Positions 36,301 through 47,330 of a stretch of DNA of 64,000 nucleotides are shown here, piece after piece. The stretch comes from Eukaryota sp. GEM-RC1 (lineage: Eukaryota): NCBI GenBank assembly GCA_040285855.1, contig JAUFOQ010000006.1:1426001-1490000 (forward strand), written 5' to 3'. A program made the position numbers and the translations under genes. Numbering within the stretch: position 1 is the stretch's first letter; every line of letters begins with the position of its first letter. The notes beneath the pieces are model-generated. The model made no database searches. It had not been told where the DNA came from and saw only the letters and a program-made list of their open reading frames with translations.

Positions 36301-36981
36301 GACATACAGTTCTGGCTCTAAGTGTTTCCCAGCTAGAATCACGGCGACATCTGAAAGAATTGATGAAACTATCAGGGATTTTAGAATAGATATAAGTTAA
36401 TTCATGACATATGAATCAGATTTAACTTATTTTAAAAAATTTGTTAATTTAAATTATACTAAAAGATTTATAAATTATGCTTATACTGATGGTGTGTCAA
36501 AAATTGATGAAGTACATTCCCCATATGAATATGACAAAATGTTCCGGTTCTTCTGTAATTTAGGGCTTTCGAATTCAGAAATTCTGTTGTGCATATGATA
36601 CTTCAACTTTAAAGTTGTCAGCCATACGATCAACTATAACCCCTATAACTAAGTCTTGTGAAGACGGCAGATATTTGTCACAATCTAAGAGAATTACACA
36701 CATTCCTCTGGCTAAATCATACCAACAAAAGAAGTTGAGCGGACTGTTATGGGTCAAAAAAAGTCTTTAATGGATGAACTTGTGAAATGCATCAGGTGGA
36801 AAATTTACGACATTCTTGGACAGCAACTTAGGAATTGTACAGTAAAACACTTTACGAAATTCAGATTGGAGTTTGGGTGCGAGACAAAGATCAAACAGTA
36901 ACTCCTAGAAGGCAGAACTGGATGTGCTTCTACATTTAGTTTCTGGTTCAAATTAATTTAAACTTTCATTACACGTCGAAC

Positions 36982-37512
36982 ATGTCTGAGGAAGTTCTTG
37001 AAGTGCCCGACGTTGAAGAGCAACAACCAGTAACACAACTGACGGTTGTCAGTAACGATAACATGGAATTTGACATCTCTTGGCAAATCGCGGAAATATC
37101 AGAAACCATCAAGCGTCTTACCGCTGCCAGTCCCAATGAAACCATTTCTTTGCCCGAGGTTGCTGGATCCCATCTCAGGCAGTCAATCGAATGGATGGAA
37201 TGGTCCCAAGATATCAAAGAAAAGGAGAAAAATAATGAGAGTATTCCCATGGCTGTCAAGGAGGAGTTCAAAGATGATTTTGTCGACGTTGATATCTATG
37301 AACTTGCTGATCTATTGAAGGCAGCCCATTATCTCGAAATAGAAGACATGAAGGACAACTGTGCCAAGAAATTCGCAGAGCATCTTGAAAAAATGACCGT
37401 GGATGAAGTCCGTGCAGTTTTTGGTGAAACTGACGATCTATCGCCTGAGAACAAGGCTGCTTTCGAGGAAGAGTACACGAAACTGTCAGCTGATCATGCT
37501 GATGATCAATAA
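36982..37512 (+). CDS. Skp1 family protein
   Basis: VSNDNMEFDI...SETIK, ISLPEVAGSHLRQSIEW, LLKAAHYLEI and TVDEVRAVFG..DDLSPE follow the Skp1 POZ and dimerisation pattern. Confidence 0.88.
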   Translation: MSEEVLEVPDVEEQQPVTQLTVVSNDNMEFDISWQIAEISETIKRLTAASPNETISLPEVAGSHLRQSIEWMEWSQDIKEKEKNNESIPMAVKEEFKDDFVDVDIYELADLLKAAHYLEIEDMKDNCAKKFAEHLEKMTVDEVRAVFGETDDLSPENKAAFEEEYTKLSADHADDQ

Positions 37513-38286
37513 CTCAGCCTTTTGAGTGAAGCACGTGTTTTGTTTATAAATTTTTATCGATTGGGAATAAATCGTTTCTCTGATCAGTTATGTCCAAATT
37601 GATTAAATCAAATATCGTCAAGTTGTTTAAGACACTGTTGATCAAACATTTTGGTGTCTAGTCTTTCGAGGATTATTTATTTTTCCTATTAATAGACAAG
37701 GTGAAAAACGGCTTCAATTTTGCATTACAAAATAAAGAACACAATCGATTGAATCATAGCTTGAAATTATATAATTTCTGCATAATAATTTGTTATACAT
37801 GTAATAATAGAAATAAATTCTATAATAATAGTCTATTTCTAACCATATTTGTCGAAATTACACAGCTACTATTGATTTGTGACTTGTTATATAATGCAAG
37901 TTAGAACGCTTCAGAGCATTCTGATCTCAAAGAAGAAGAAAAACATCATTATTACAACTAGTAAATGTACATGTGGATGAGTTTCGATTGTTTTCCATAA
38001 CAAAATTTTGTTTGGTCTATAATTTCTATCACTATCAATATTATGGAATTATGCTTGTAACAATAATAATTATTTATCCAGTTCATAATTTCAAGATATG
38101 GATTGAAAAATAAACAGCTCTACATCATATCAAAAGCTGGGTCTCAATCCTAAGAGACTGTATAAAATCGAATCAAAATACCTAAACATTATTCCCTTTT
38201 CAATCAACATAGAAAAAATGATAACCAATAAACTTGTCATCTAATCAAACAAACTACAAACAAACTAAAAGTTAAACTAACACTGG

Positions 38287-41200
38287 TCAATCTCGAGAGG
38301 AAAGATAATTAGCAATTAAGGGAACTTCATTAATAACAGACTCAGGTATATTATTAAGTAAAGTTAAAGTAACAGCTTCCTCATTTTTTAATCGAGAAAT
38401 CATTTTCTTAAATACTGTGGGAAAAATAACAACAAGGGTAAGTAAAAATAATCCAAACACAAAACGTATATACTGATTGAAGGAAGAGATCAAGTCTAGA
38501 GCTTCATCTTGATAAATATCAATTGATTGTAGTAAGGCCGAATTGACTCTTTCCAAAATCACCAGCATTTGATTGAAGTGATATCCATCAAATCTAAAAG
38601 AAATACCTTGATTTGCCGTTGAAAACTGTTGACCAATGATTACGAAAGATTCGATTAACACAGACAATCCAGAAGAAGATAAATCGTCGTTATTTTCTAA
38701 ATATTTGGTGGAAAAAACAAGAGAATCTTGAAGAGAGTGGCGACCTGAAGATCCTAAAGAGCCCACTCTGCGTAATCCAAATAGTAGAGAATAGTGAACA
38801 TTTTGTAAACGAATCAAGAGCTTGTTAGTCAACAATCGATACAGCTCACGCTCGACTGGATTGGAAATTGATTGAGCCATTCGGGTAACTACCTCTTGAG
38901 TGAGGGTCAATCGCTGACCGGCAAGGTTGAGCTCTGTCGCTATATGTTTGGTGTGATTCATAGTCACAAACGACAAGACAAAGAAAATAGAAAGAACTAA
39001 AGCAATGACAGTTAGAGCAAACACGTAATGACGAGTCAATAACGTCACCAAATCAACTTTGATTGTTTGTTTGATGTGCGAACTTTCCTTTTCCTGGGTA
39101 CAGGAGCAAGATACAAGAACAACATAGAACAAGACAATGAAATAGCCAGAATTCCCGACAAAAAAGCTAGTATAACAACTAAATGTTCAACATCTTGCAT
39201 AAGCGAAGTATATGATTGAATAAAACGCCTCATAAATCCATGGCGTAGTTGACCAATTTCTGTGTCAAGATTATCTAAAATATAAACATATTTTGGGCCA
39301 GAAACTGTTGCTCGAGCTAAAAGAGCTAATTCCTCTTTAGGTAAAGCCAAATCGTCATCATTGTTGGTGTAAAGTCGAGTCGAGGGTAAGTAACTGTAGA
39401 TTTCTTGCTGAATGTGAAAGTCGGATTCAGAAGTAATGTCCCACGTAACATCTTCAACAGAATTTTTCAAATATTCAGATAATTCAAATGCTTCGGCCCC
39501 TAGTCTCAAAGAGATTAATTGTAGATGAGAAGCTTTCAGCCACCAATTTTCCAAATGAGTTAAATCCTTGACGGCGCTAATATACGCATTAATGGTTTGA
39601 AATTTTGGATATTTTCTAACAACTTCAGTACCACTGTGTCTAAGTTCAGCAAATAGATTGGGAATATTAAAATAACCAACGTAATCAACAGTAGAACCAA
39701 ACTGAGTAAATACAGAAGCTCTATAAGAAAGATCTTGAGACGAAACCTCAAAATTGTTTAATTTTTCCTCAAAATCGAATTTAACAGCATTTTCATAACT
39801 AAGATTGGATAAATGTCGAGATACCAAAAAGACAAATATTATGATGAGAACACAACAAAACGCAGATATTAAAATGAAACTATAAGTAGTCCGCCTGAAT
39901 CTAACAAGTACAACCTTTTTCATTGAATATCCACACGTACCTAATAGTAGAATTAACACAACTATAGGTACAATTAAGACAAACAATGAAAGAGTATCTG
40001 CTTCTGAAGAAACTTGATTAAGTAAAGATTCAACTGTTCCTTTTAGTAATTGATCCAGTTCAATCAAAACATCTAAAGAACGTGATCTATAGAACCAGTA
40101 AACGTCACCAGACAGAAATGACCGGGAAATAATTCGTTGGTCTTCGGGGGACAACAATGCATCATCATGGTTGTTGGAATATGTTAGAACATTAATTGGA
40201 AATTGAATTTTGTTAAATTCATACAAAGTTTCATTTTTTAAATCATAATTAAAATATCTCAAATGATGAGAATCCACAGGATTCTGACCATCAGCCAACA
40301 TTGCAAGATAAATAGCAATTCGTTCATAATAAAACAACAAATCATTATAATAAGAATTTAAACCCAACAATTCCAAGGCTTTAGGATCTTCAATAGCTGA
40401 AGTTAACTGTTCAAATATATGCTGACGTTCCCCTGATGCTATTAAAGTCCAGTAGTCACTGAAAGCAGACATGTCAGAGAACTGAGCAAACCTGAGGGCC
40501 AGAGCGCTTGATTCCCGTTGTAATACAGTTAATCGTTGCAAAAGAGAGTTAGTTTCAACTGATTCAAGATTGACGGTAGTAAAATTATCCAGTGAACCAT
40601 ACAAAACATAGAAAAGAACCATACCAAAGATAACATTAATAATCATAAAAACAAAAGAAAATATCAAATAAGACCTGATCACAACATTAGACTGATTGTC
40701 ATTGGTGACGTCATCAGCAACGTTTATGTGTTGATCTGAGCTCTTTGAATCGTGAGAGTCAACTGAAGATCGGTCCGGATGCACGCTGTCCATTTGTTCA
40801 CTTTGGTCTAGCTCAAAGTCAGTAGAAGCTGGAAAATCATCTTTTGAAGTTTCAGAATTTTCAAGCGATTTAAATTTCTTCACATTCTTATTAAATTTTT
40901 CATCAGATAATAATTTAATAATTGCAGCTTTAGGGATATAAAGAAACAGATTTACTATATAATTTCGTTCAGCAGAAATAAAAGAAAATGCTCTCTTAAA
41001 CAGAAAAAATCCCATGCAAATCAAAAGCAATATAGAAGTAACAAATACCACTGAGCCTAGCAAAAACATGTGATAAATGAAATGACTATTCGCCGACTCC
41101 ATCTGATTCAAAAGTCTAAAAACAGCTTCTGAAAGAGGATGTTGATTGGCAACCACGAAATCAAATGAACTTTTAACAGAAAGAGACAATCCAATAGCCA

Positions 41201-43641
41201 CGTCATCGATGACGTCACGAGAGCCAATGATTGCTGACCTGGAATACTGAAGAACTAACTGCCAGAAAGAAAAGACTTGAGTTTGAGTTCGTTGAGGAAC
41301 AGAAACCGTGAGGGCTACTGAAGCAATGTTGGGACTGACAAAGATCCCGCGTAGTTGAGAGTTAAAGAGGGCATTAACTGGAGTGGTCGTGGAGATTCCT
41401 GGACAGGGAAATGTGTCGTTGGCGTTGAATTCTGAAAAAGATGAACCAAGATAGAGTCTCCGAACGTGTAACACCAAATGCTCTGCTGTCAATTTGATTG
41501 ATTGAATGACATCATCGCGATTGAGATCAGGAATCCCAAAGATTTCCATGGGTCTCAATAATATTTCACTCAACATCACTTGAAGTCCTAGAGAATTCAC
41601 AGTATATCCTAAATGAGCACTCTCATACAATTGTCTGGTAGCAACTTCAATACCATCAAGAGAAGCAGAAGAAGAAACAAAAGCAACCGTAGCAAGTATC
41701 AAAATCACAATACAAGCAAGAATGATTGATCTAAAGAGCTCAGTGATTGACGACTCTGACGAGGATGACGATGAACTCAACGTTTCACCGAGACTGATAA
41801 ACTTTTTCTTTTTCTTGCTTTTCTTGACACCTTTTTTCTAACTACACTGACAGCGCCTCCACTATCAGAAACAGAATTCCCACGTGACGATTGACCGTCA
41901 TGACAACTTGACCCCACAGTTTCAGTTTCAATCAAATCTAACTTGGTTGTTAACTGGGCTAATAATTCTTCATCATTCAACACATATCGTACAAAATCAA
42001 TATAAACCAACAATATTTCTCTATTTCCATTTCCGCTCAGCAATAACTTTCGGAAACTAGAGTCACACTCTGTTTGAGTTTTGTATATTTTGTGAGTTAA
42101 AAGAGGTAAATGCTGTAGGTTTACATTATCTGAGAGCAAATCAGTTCAAAAAGCCTTTAAATGATCTAAACATGATTGAACATTTGCCTGAGTGTCTGCT
42201 AGTTGCCGTTGAACATGAATACAACTCCCAGCATCTTGAGTTTCACCTGTATTTTGTAACCGCCGAAGATCATCACATTGTTGATATAAATTAAAAATGT
42301 AATATTTCCAACACAAGTTTACATCAATATCTAGATCCTTAATTGCACTTAAAGTGACCATCCCAGCAAGAGCATCTTTAGAATAAACTACCTCAAAATG
42401 AGCTTTTAAACACAGTGCATTGACGTTATTGGGGAAAGAGTCAATTAAGGAATCGAAAAGCTTTCTCCCAAGAGCAATGTAGTTAGGGGTAGCGACTCTT
42501 AAGGTCAAAAGGAAACGTGATAGGAGTTCTGATTGATCGACTGATTTTAATTCGGGGATATGGAGCTTATCAAAGTCGAGATCAGCGTGACTACCTTCCA
42601 AAGCTGGACGATTGAGATCTAATAACTTGAACATGGTCCTTGAATAGAGAAAGTGTTCCAAATGGTAAAACACTGTTCCAAAAACAATCATTAAACCAAT
42701 GAAAATAATTGAAATAATCCAAGATTCTAAATTTAAAGGATAATATTCATCAGAGATTTCTTTCGAAACCCAAGTCAATGCCAATGCCGTCCATGCGCCA
42801 AGCATAGCAGCGACCTGGGAGTTAGTTTGAACAGAAAAGAAGGGATGAGAGAACAGGAACGTCACCAGAGAGATTAGTGCAATGGTGGGGTAAAGAACTT
42901 TGAAGAGAATGGGTAAGTGATCCAGACTGATCATGGAAAAGACAAGAAAGACACGTAACATTGTGAACTTAAAGAGCCATTGTGAATGGGGACGGGAGAA
43001 CTTTGTTCTTGAATAAGGGGAGATGCTGAAGTGAGAAAAGATGTAGATGAGTTTCATGAAGAGGACAAATGCAAGCATCGAGATGAAGAGAATTCTAATA
43101 AGAACGGTAGATTGTGTGTAGCATTGGGAGGATGTAAACGTATTCCACTTGCCCACATCAGAGCAGGTGAGAAACAGTAGACAGTGAATGGTGATGGGAA
43201 GAAAGAGAGGACCAACAACAGCTGTATGAATGATTCTGGTGACCCGAAGCATGAAGTAATTGGGAAACTCTTTGATGACACTGTGTATGCATTGAGCAAC
43301 GCCGAGGAGCAGTAGAACGGTAAGAGAAGAGTATATGATGGACATTGTTCTATTACTTAAGAACCAATAAGATGACTCGGCATAGTACGAAGGGAGTAGT
43401 AATCCGTGTAGAAATGGGCGAGGATCAACTGCTGTGTGAAAAGGTTCAAGAAGAGGGTTAAAGACCAATCCAAATAATTCTGTTGTTAGATGACATCTAC
43501 AATGTACACACGTAAGAATTGCGATAAGAATGCGATGTGGGTAAGAAAAGAGTTTTTCCCAAAAACAGAGGACAGTTTTCTGAAAGTATTGAAGGCATTA
43601 CTTTTGAAGAGGTCTAAGTGTGATTCATGACCAAAAGACAT
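38287..43641 (-). CDS. TmcB-like large multi-pass membrane protein; one 32-nt intron, one in-frame TGA, two frameshifts
   Basis: N-terminal TM cluster, helical region (YIDFVRYVL), ERNYIVNLFLYIPK and the terminal NEEAVTLTLLNNIP...VPLIANYL are typical of TmcB/TmcC-like proteins. ATG at 43641 joins ORF 42146..43468 after intron removal. Confidence 0.72.
43480..43511 (-). other. 32-nt spliceosomal intron
   Basis: GTGTGTACATTGTAGATGTCATCTAACAACAG: GT..AG ends, CTAAC branch point directly before AACAG. Removal deletes a stop and gives QFLQLFGLVFNP. Confidence 0.75.
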
Positions 43642-44184
43642 GAATGACTACCAGAAAGGGTTGACTGAAATTAACGTTGGTTGCCGATTTCACTATACAC
43701 TACATTTGTACTACATGTTAGACTTGGCAATGTTAAATGGATTCTACTTTGACAGTCTACTACATGTAGCTAGAGTAGTTTCAAATGCAAAATTCCACAC
43801 CTACCTTTAAGCATTCTCATTACAGTTTGGCACATTGTGCCACTCATTTACAAGCCACGAGCTAACTTATAAGATTCAAGAATTCTAGGGTACATCTTTC
43901 TATGCCTTATGTGGACAATTTCTTCTGTCATGTCCTGGTTGGTTACATGTCATACATTTACAAGGACTTTTAGGAGGCACAGGTCTTATCTGTCAGGTGA
44001 AATATGTTTAATCAATTGCTGTAAATAAACTGTGAAATATTAATATATTATCAAAAAAACAAATATTTCATTTGTAGAATCAAAATTGAGTACATGAACA
44101 ATGACGTGATTGGAAAGAAGCCATTTAGTGTTTCATAACAACATTAAAACGATGTTCAAAAAACTGAAAAAATTCAAATACTTG

Positions 44185-45438
44185 TTAAAATTTAACATTA
44201 ATTCGACTATTATCTTGAAACGTCGCCTTCATCACTTCTTGAGTAGAAACCGGCAAAGAGTTTGCCCACAAATCCACAAAAGTCAACCCACAATTGACCA
44301 CCAAGGAATCAGCCAACACTCGACCACCCTCTGATTCAATTTTACAATTAGTAAGGGATAACCATGATAGAGTTGAGTTAACAGTCATAGCATCAGCTAA
44401 AAACATCACACCTTCATTTCCAAGGGAATTTGAACATATATTCAACTTTAATAAAGATGAGTTATAAGCAAGGGCTTCTGCAAGAGGAGAAATTAACACA
44501 CTAGAAATGAAACATGAAGAAAGATCGAGATCAACAAGATTTGATTGGTGACGTAGAACTCTTGCCAAAAGTGTGCTAGATTCTTCATCAAACCCAGATC
44601 CACTCAAGTTCAAACGTTGTACAGTTTTATTAACAGACAAAGAATGTAAAACACAATGAAGTGAAGGTCCCCGAAGATTGCACTTACTTATGTTCAAGTC
44701 AATTAAAGTTGAGTTTCTGCACATGGTCTTTGCGAGTGATTCCGCATGAGTTAGATCCATTGGGCACCAAGAAAGGTCGAGATGAGTTACAGAGGTGTTG
44801 TTGCGCAAAGCTGTTGGAAAATGCCATGGATTTTTAGAAAGGCTTAACTTTAAACATTGTAAATTTGGCATGAACAAATCCGAACTAGGGTTTAGAAATT
44901 GAAAACTTCTTGAAAGACATTCTAATGCAACTATTCCAGTGTTACGATAAGGCCAGCAAGAGAAAGATTGTAGTCCTCGAAGACCCCAAAGAGCAATAGA
45001 CTGAGGGCAAGACTCGAAAACCATAGACAGGTCCTCCCAGATAGAGATTTGCTTGAAATGGAGAGAAATAGTTTGATGAGAAAAAAGGTGAGAAATTGTT
45101 GACTTGACAATGTTTTGGAACCGGCGACTTACAGAAAGCCAGGGGTAGACTGTTCTAACGAGAGATTTGGTACTACTTAAAACGTAGGGGATAGCACTTG
45201 AAGGAAAAGGACTCATTTTAGAGGACGCCTGGACACATCTTCTTACAACGGTGTGATACAGCATTAAGCTAATTAATGTATGCGGTAAGTTCAATACAGT
45301 GGGAGAAGTAGAGATGAGATCTGCATCTGACTCAGACCCAGATGAAGGTTGTTGCGTTTGGATGGATTGAAGAAGGGATGCATCAAGGGTTGTCCTTGTC
45401 AAACCAGCATGATGCAAGCCAAGTAAGTTTCGATTCAT
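44185..45438 (-). CDS. RI/NLRC3-like leucine-rich repeat protein
   Basis: C-terminal 28-residue LRRs; same family architecture as 13946-15480. Confidence 0.85.
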   Translation of the reverse strand: MNRNLLGLHHAGLTRTTLDASLLQSIQTQQPSSGSESDADLISTSPTVLNLPHTLISLMLYHTVVRRCVQASSKMSPFPSSAIPYVLSSTKSLVRTVYPWLSVSRRFQNIVKSTISHLFSHQTISLHFKQISIWEDLSMVFESCPQSIALWGLRGLQSFSCWPYRNTGIVALECLSRSFQFLNPSSDLFMPNLQCLKLSLSKNPWHFPTALRNNTSVTHLDLSWCPMDLTHAESLAKTMCRNSTLIDLNISKCNLRGPSLHCVLHSLSVNKTVQRLNLSGSGFDEESSTLLARVLRHQSNLVDLDLSSCFISSVLISPLAEALAYNSSLLKLNICSNSLGNEGVMFLADAMTVNSTLSWLSLTNCKIESEGGRVLADSLVVNCGLTFVDLWANSLPVSTQEVMKATFQDNSRINVKF

Positions 45439-46508
45439 TGTTTAGGAGAGAAAAATCTGAATTTGAATCTGCTGTGCTGAAACTGTATTTGTGTTTGTCA
45501 ATGTTTCAGTGCATAGATGTACTTCACAGTAATGTTGTTCTGTATTGTCATTTATGATAACAAATCACAATCACACAAGAAATGAAAAGTGAACGTATAT
45601 GAGTAATTATTCTATTATGATTTATCCCCCAACAATTTGATCTCAAACAATAGTTAAACGATTGCAAATTTATCACGAACTTAAAAACATATAAAAACAA
45701 AATATGTGTTCGTATGTCATAGTTCAAGTCATGGTAAGGGAAAACTCAATTCGTTGGACAGTTTTTGGACTCGTCTAAACGTATCTGACCTTTTACTTCT
45801 GATGATTGCTGCAATATTGTTAGTTTATCGAGACCCTTGAAGATTAATCAGTGTTTAATTGCTAAAAATTTAGCAATTTTTCGTGCACCCCTAAAGAATA
45901 GGTGGATGGGATGAGAAAACAGCTTCACCAACATTTACTAATCCGTTTCAGAATATTTTGACAGTTACTGTGAAATGAGCACATTTTTCGGTTACATGTA
46001 TATTAATGATGGTGACAGGACCTTTTGAGAGCCGTGCATTTGACTATGATCTGAGAGAGAGTTTTGCACTTAAATTGAGAACACCGGACCTCAATGCATG
46101 GATAAATGAAAGAAATTGTACTTATGTTTTGATATATTTTGTTATATTTGCATGATCGAAAAAATGTGTCAAAAATAAATATAAATATAGATAAATATGA
46201 ATATGAATATGAATAGAATATGTATTTATTTATGAGGTGCCCTACATTTGAGTGACACAACAGTTGATGAGAATCTATCTCAATGAAAACGTAGAATGGG
46301 TATTGAAGATATGTTTCTGTTATTTCTAATCTACTCCTGATAGTACAGCTTCTGTCTCAAATAAATTAGTTTTGTCTGAGTGATTTAAGCGATTGTTGTC
46401 TACTTCTTAATTTTCCTTAGCTTTAACTTCATTGTCATCAACACACTGAAAACTTTCAGGAAGAATATCATCATCCATGATTGGTAAACTAAGATTTTCA
46501 CAAACTTT

Positions 46509-46600
46509 TAGTGTTGCACGAAACGTTTCAGCGTTTCCAACGTTTCCGTTTCAACTCAGAGGAAACGTATCCGAAACGTCAATAAACGTTTCCAAAACTT
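46509..46600 (+). mobile_element. Probable hAT-type terminus with subterminal repeats; partner end not in the window
   Basis: TAGTGTTGCACG followed by clustered GAAACG/CGTTTC motifs, organised like the other hAT ends in the window. Confidence 0.5.
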
Positions 46601-47199
46601 GATGATTATCCTTAATTAAAAAGTGGATTTATGTGCGGAGAAAAACACACAAGAAAACGACAAATAAATGAAGATTATCAAAACAAATTATCAGACGAAC
46701 TACCTTATACCGATACCGAAAAGTAGTTACCACCAAACAACTTGGCCAAGATGGAATCAACATATCTGAACATAGACAAAAATAGAAAAATCAAATTTAC
46801 TCTTCCAGTACGATCTGTTAAGCTTCCTGCCAAATTCTGAACATAAATATTCAAACAAATTTCAAAACTCCTTGCTAGAAGAACCAAAATTTCCGTACAA
46901 AGAAACTGCAAAAGGCTGAAAGACAATATTACAGTATTATGTCTTCGTGAATTCAATGCAGCAATTTCATGTACTGTACATGTACATGTATATTATTATA
47001 AAACAAGATTATTAAAATTTTCACCACTATATTGGAAACTTAACTTGAAAATTTAATCAAATGTTCGTTGCTGCATGAGTCTCATATTGTTCTGAAAATT
47101 TAGTACTAATTAAGTGGTACTAGTAGTCGTATGAATAGTGATTTCACATATAAGAAAGAACTGGGAACTGTGAATTTCATTCCAAATGCATTAGGACAT

Positions 47200-47330
47200 A
47201 ACCCTTCACATTTTCATGATCTCATGAGCAAGCTCGTAAGCAAACTCATGAGCAAAACTCACAGTTTGACAAATAAATGTCCTCATTCGCAAAGTCTTTT
47301 AAGACGAGCTAACTTCATAGATTCAAGATT
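47200..47330 (-). ncRNA. Candidate Fanzor omegaRNA scaffold / element right end
   Basis: Immediately 3' of the Fanzor stop. Contains a 7-bp inverted pair AGCTCGT/ACGAGCT (47231-37, 47304-10), short hairpins GTCTT-AA-AAGAC and GACA..TGTC, and two CTCATGAG palindromes. The position matches known Fanzor loci; boundaries are inferred. Confidence 0.4.

Noticed and set aside
42146..42148. Reassigned genetic code (TGA or TAA as sense), prompted by AF*TDLL here and DY*TS at 21505 where Trp is expected
   Set aside because: TGA and TAA terminate several well-defined genes (Frag1, PPP phosphatase, cullin, Skp1) and TGG is used for Trp throughout. Isolated mutation or base-call error is more likely.
43719..43750. 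Missing second end of the hAT at 20180-22322 (TAGACTTGGCA)
   Set aside because: It points away from that element, lies 21 kb off and shows no matching TSD; probably a solo end of a related copy.
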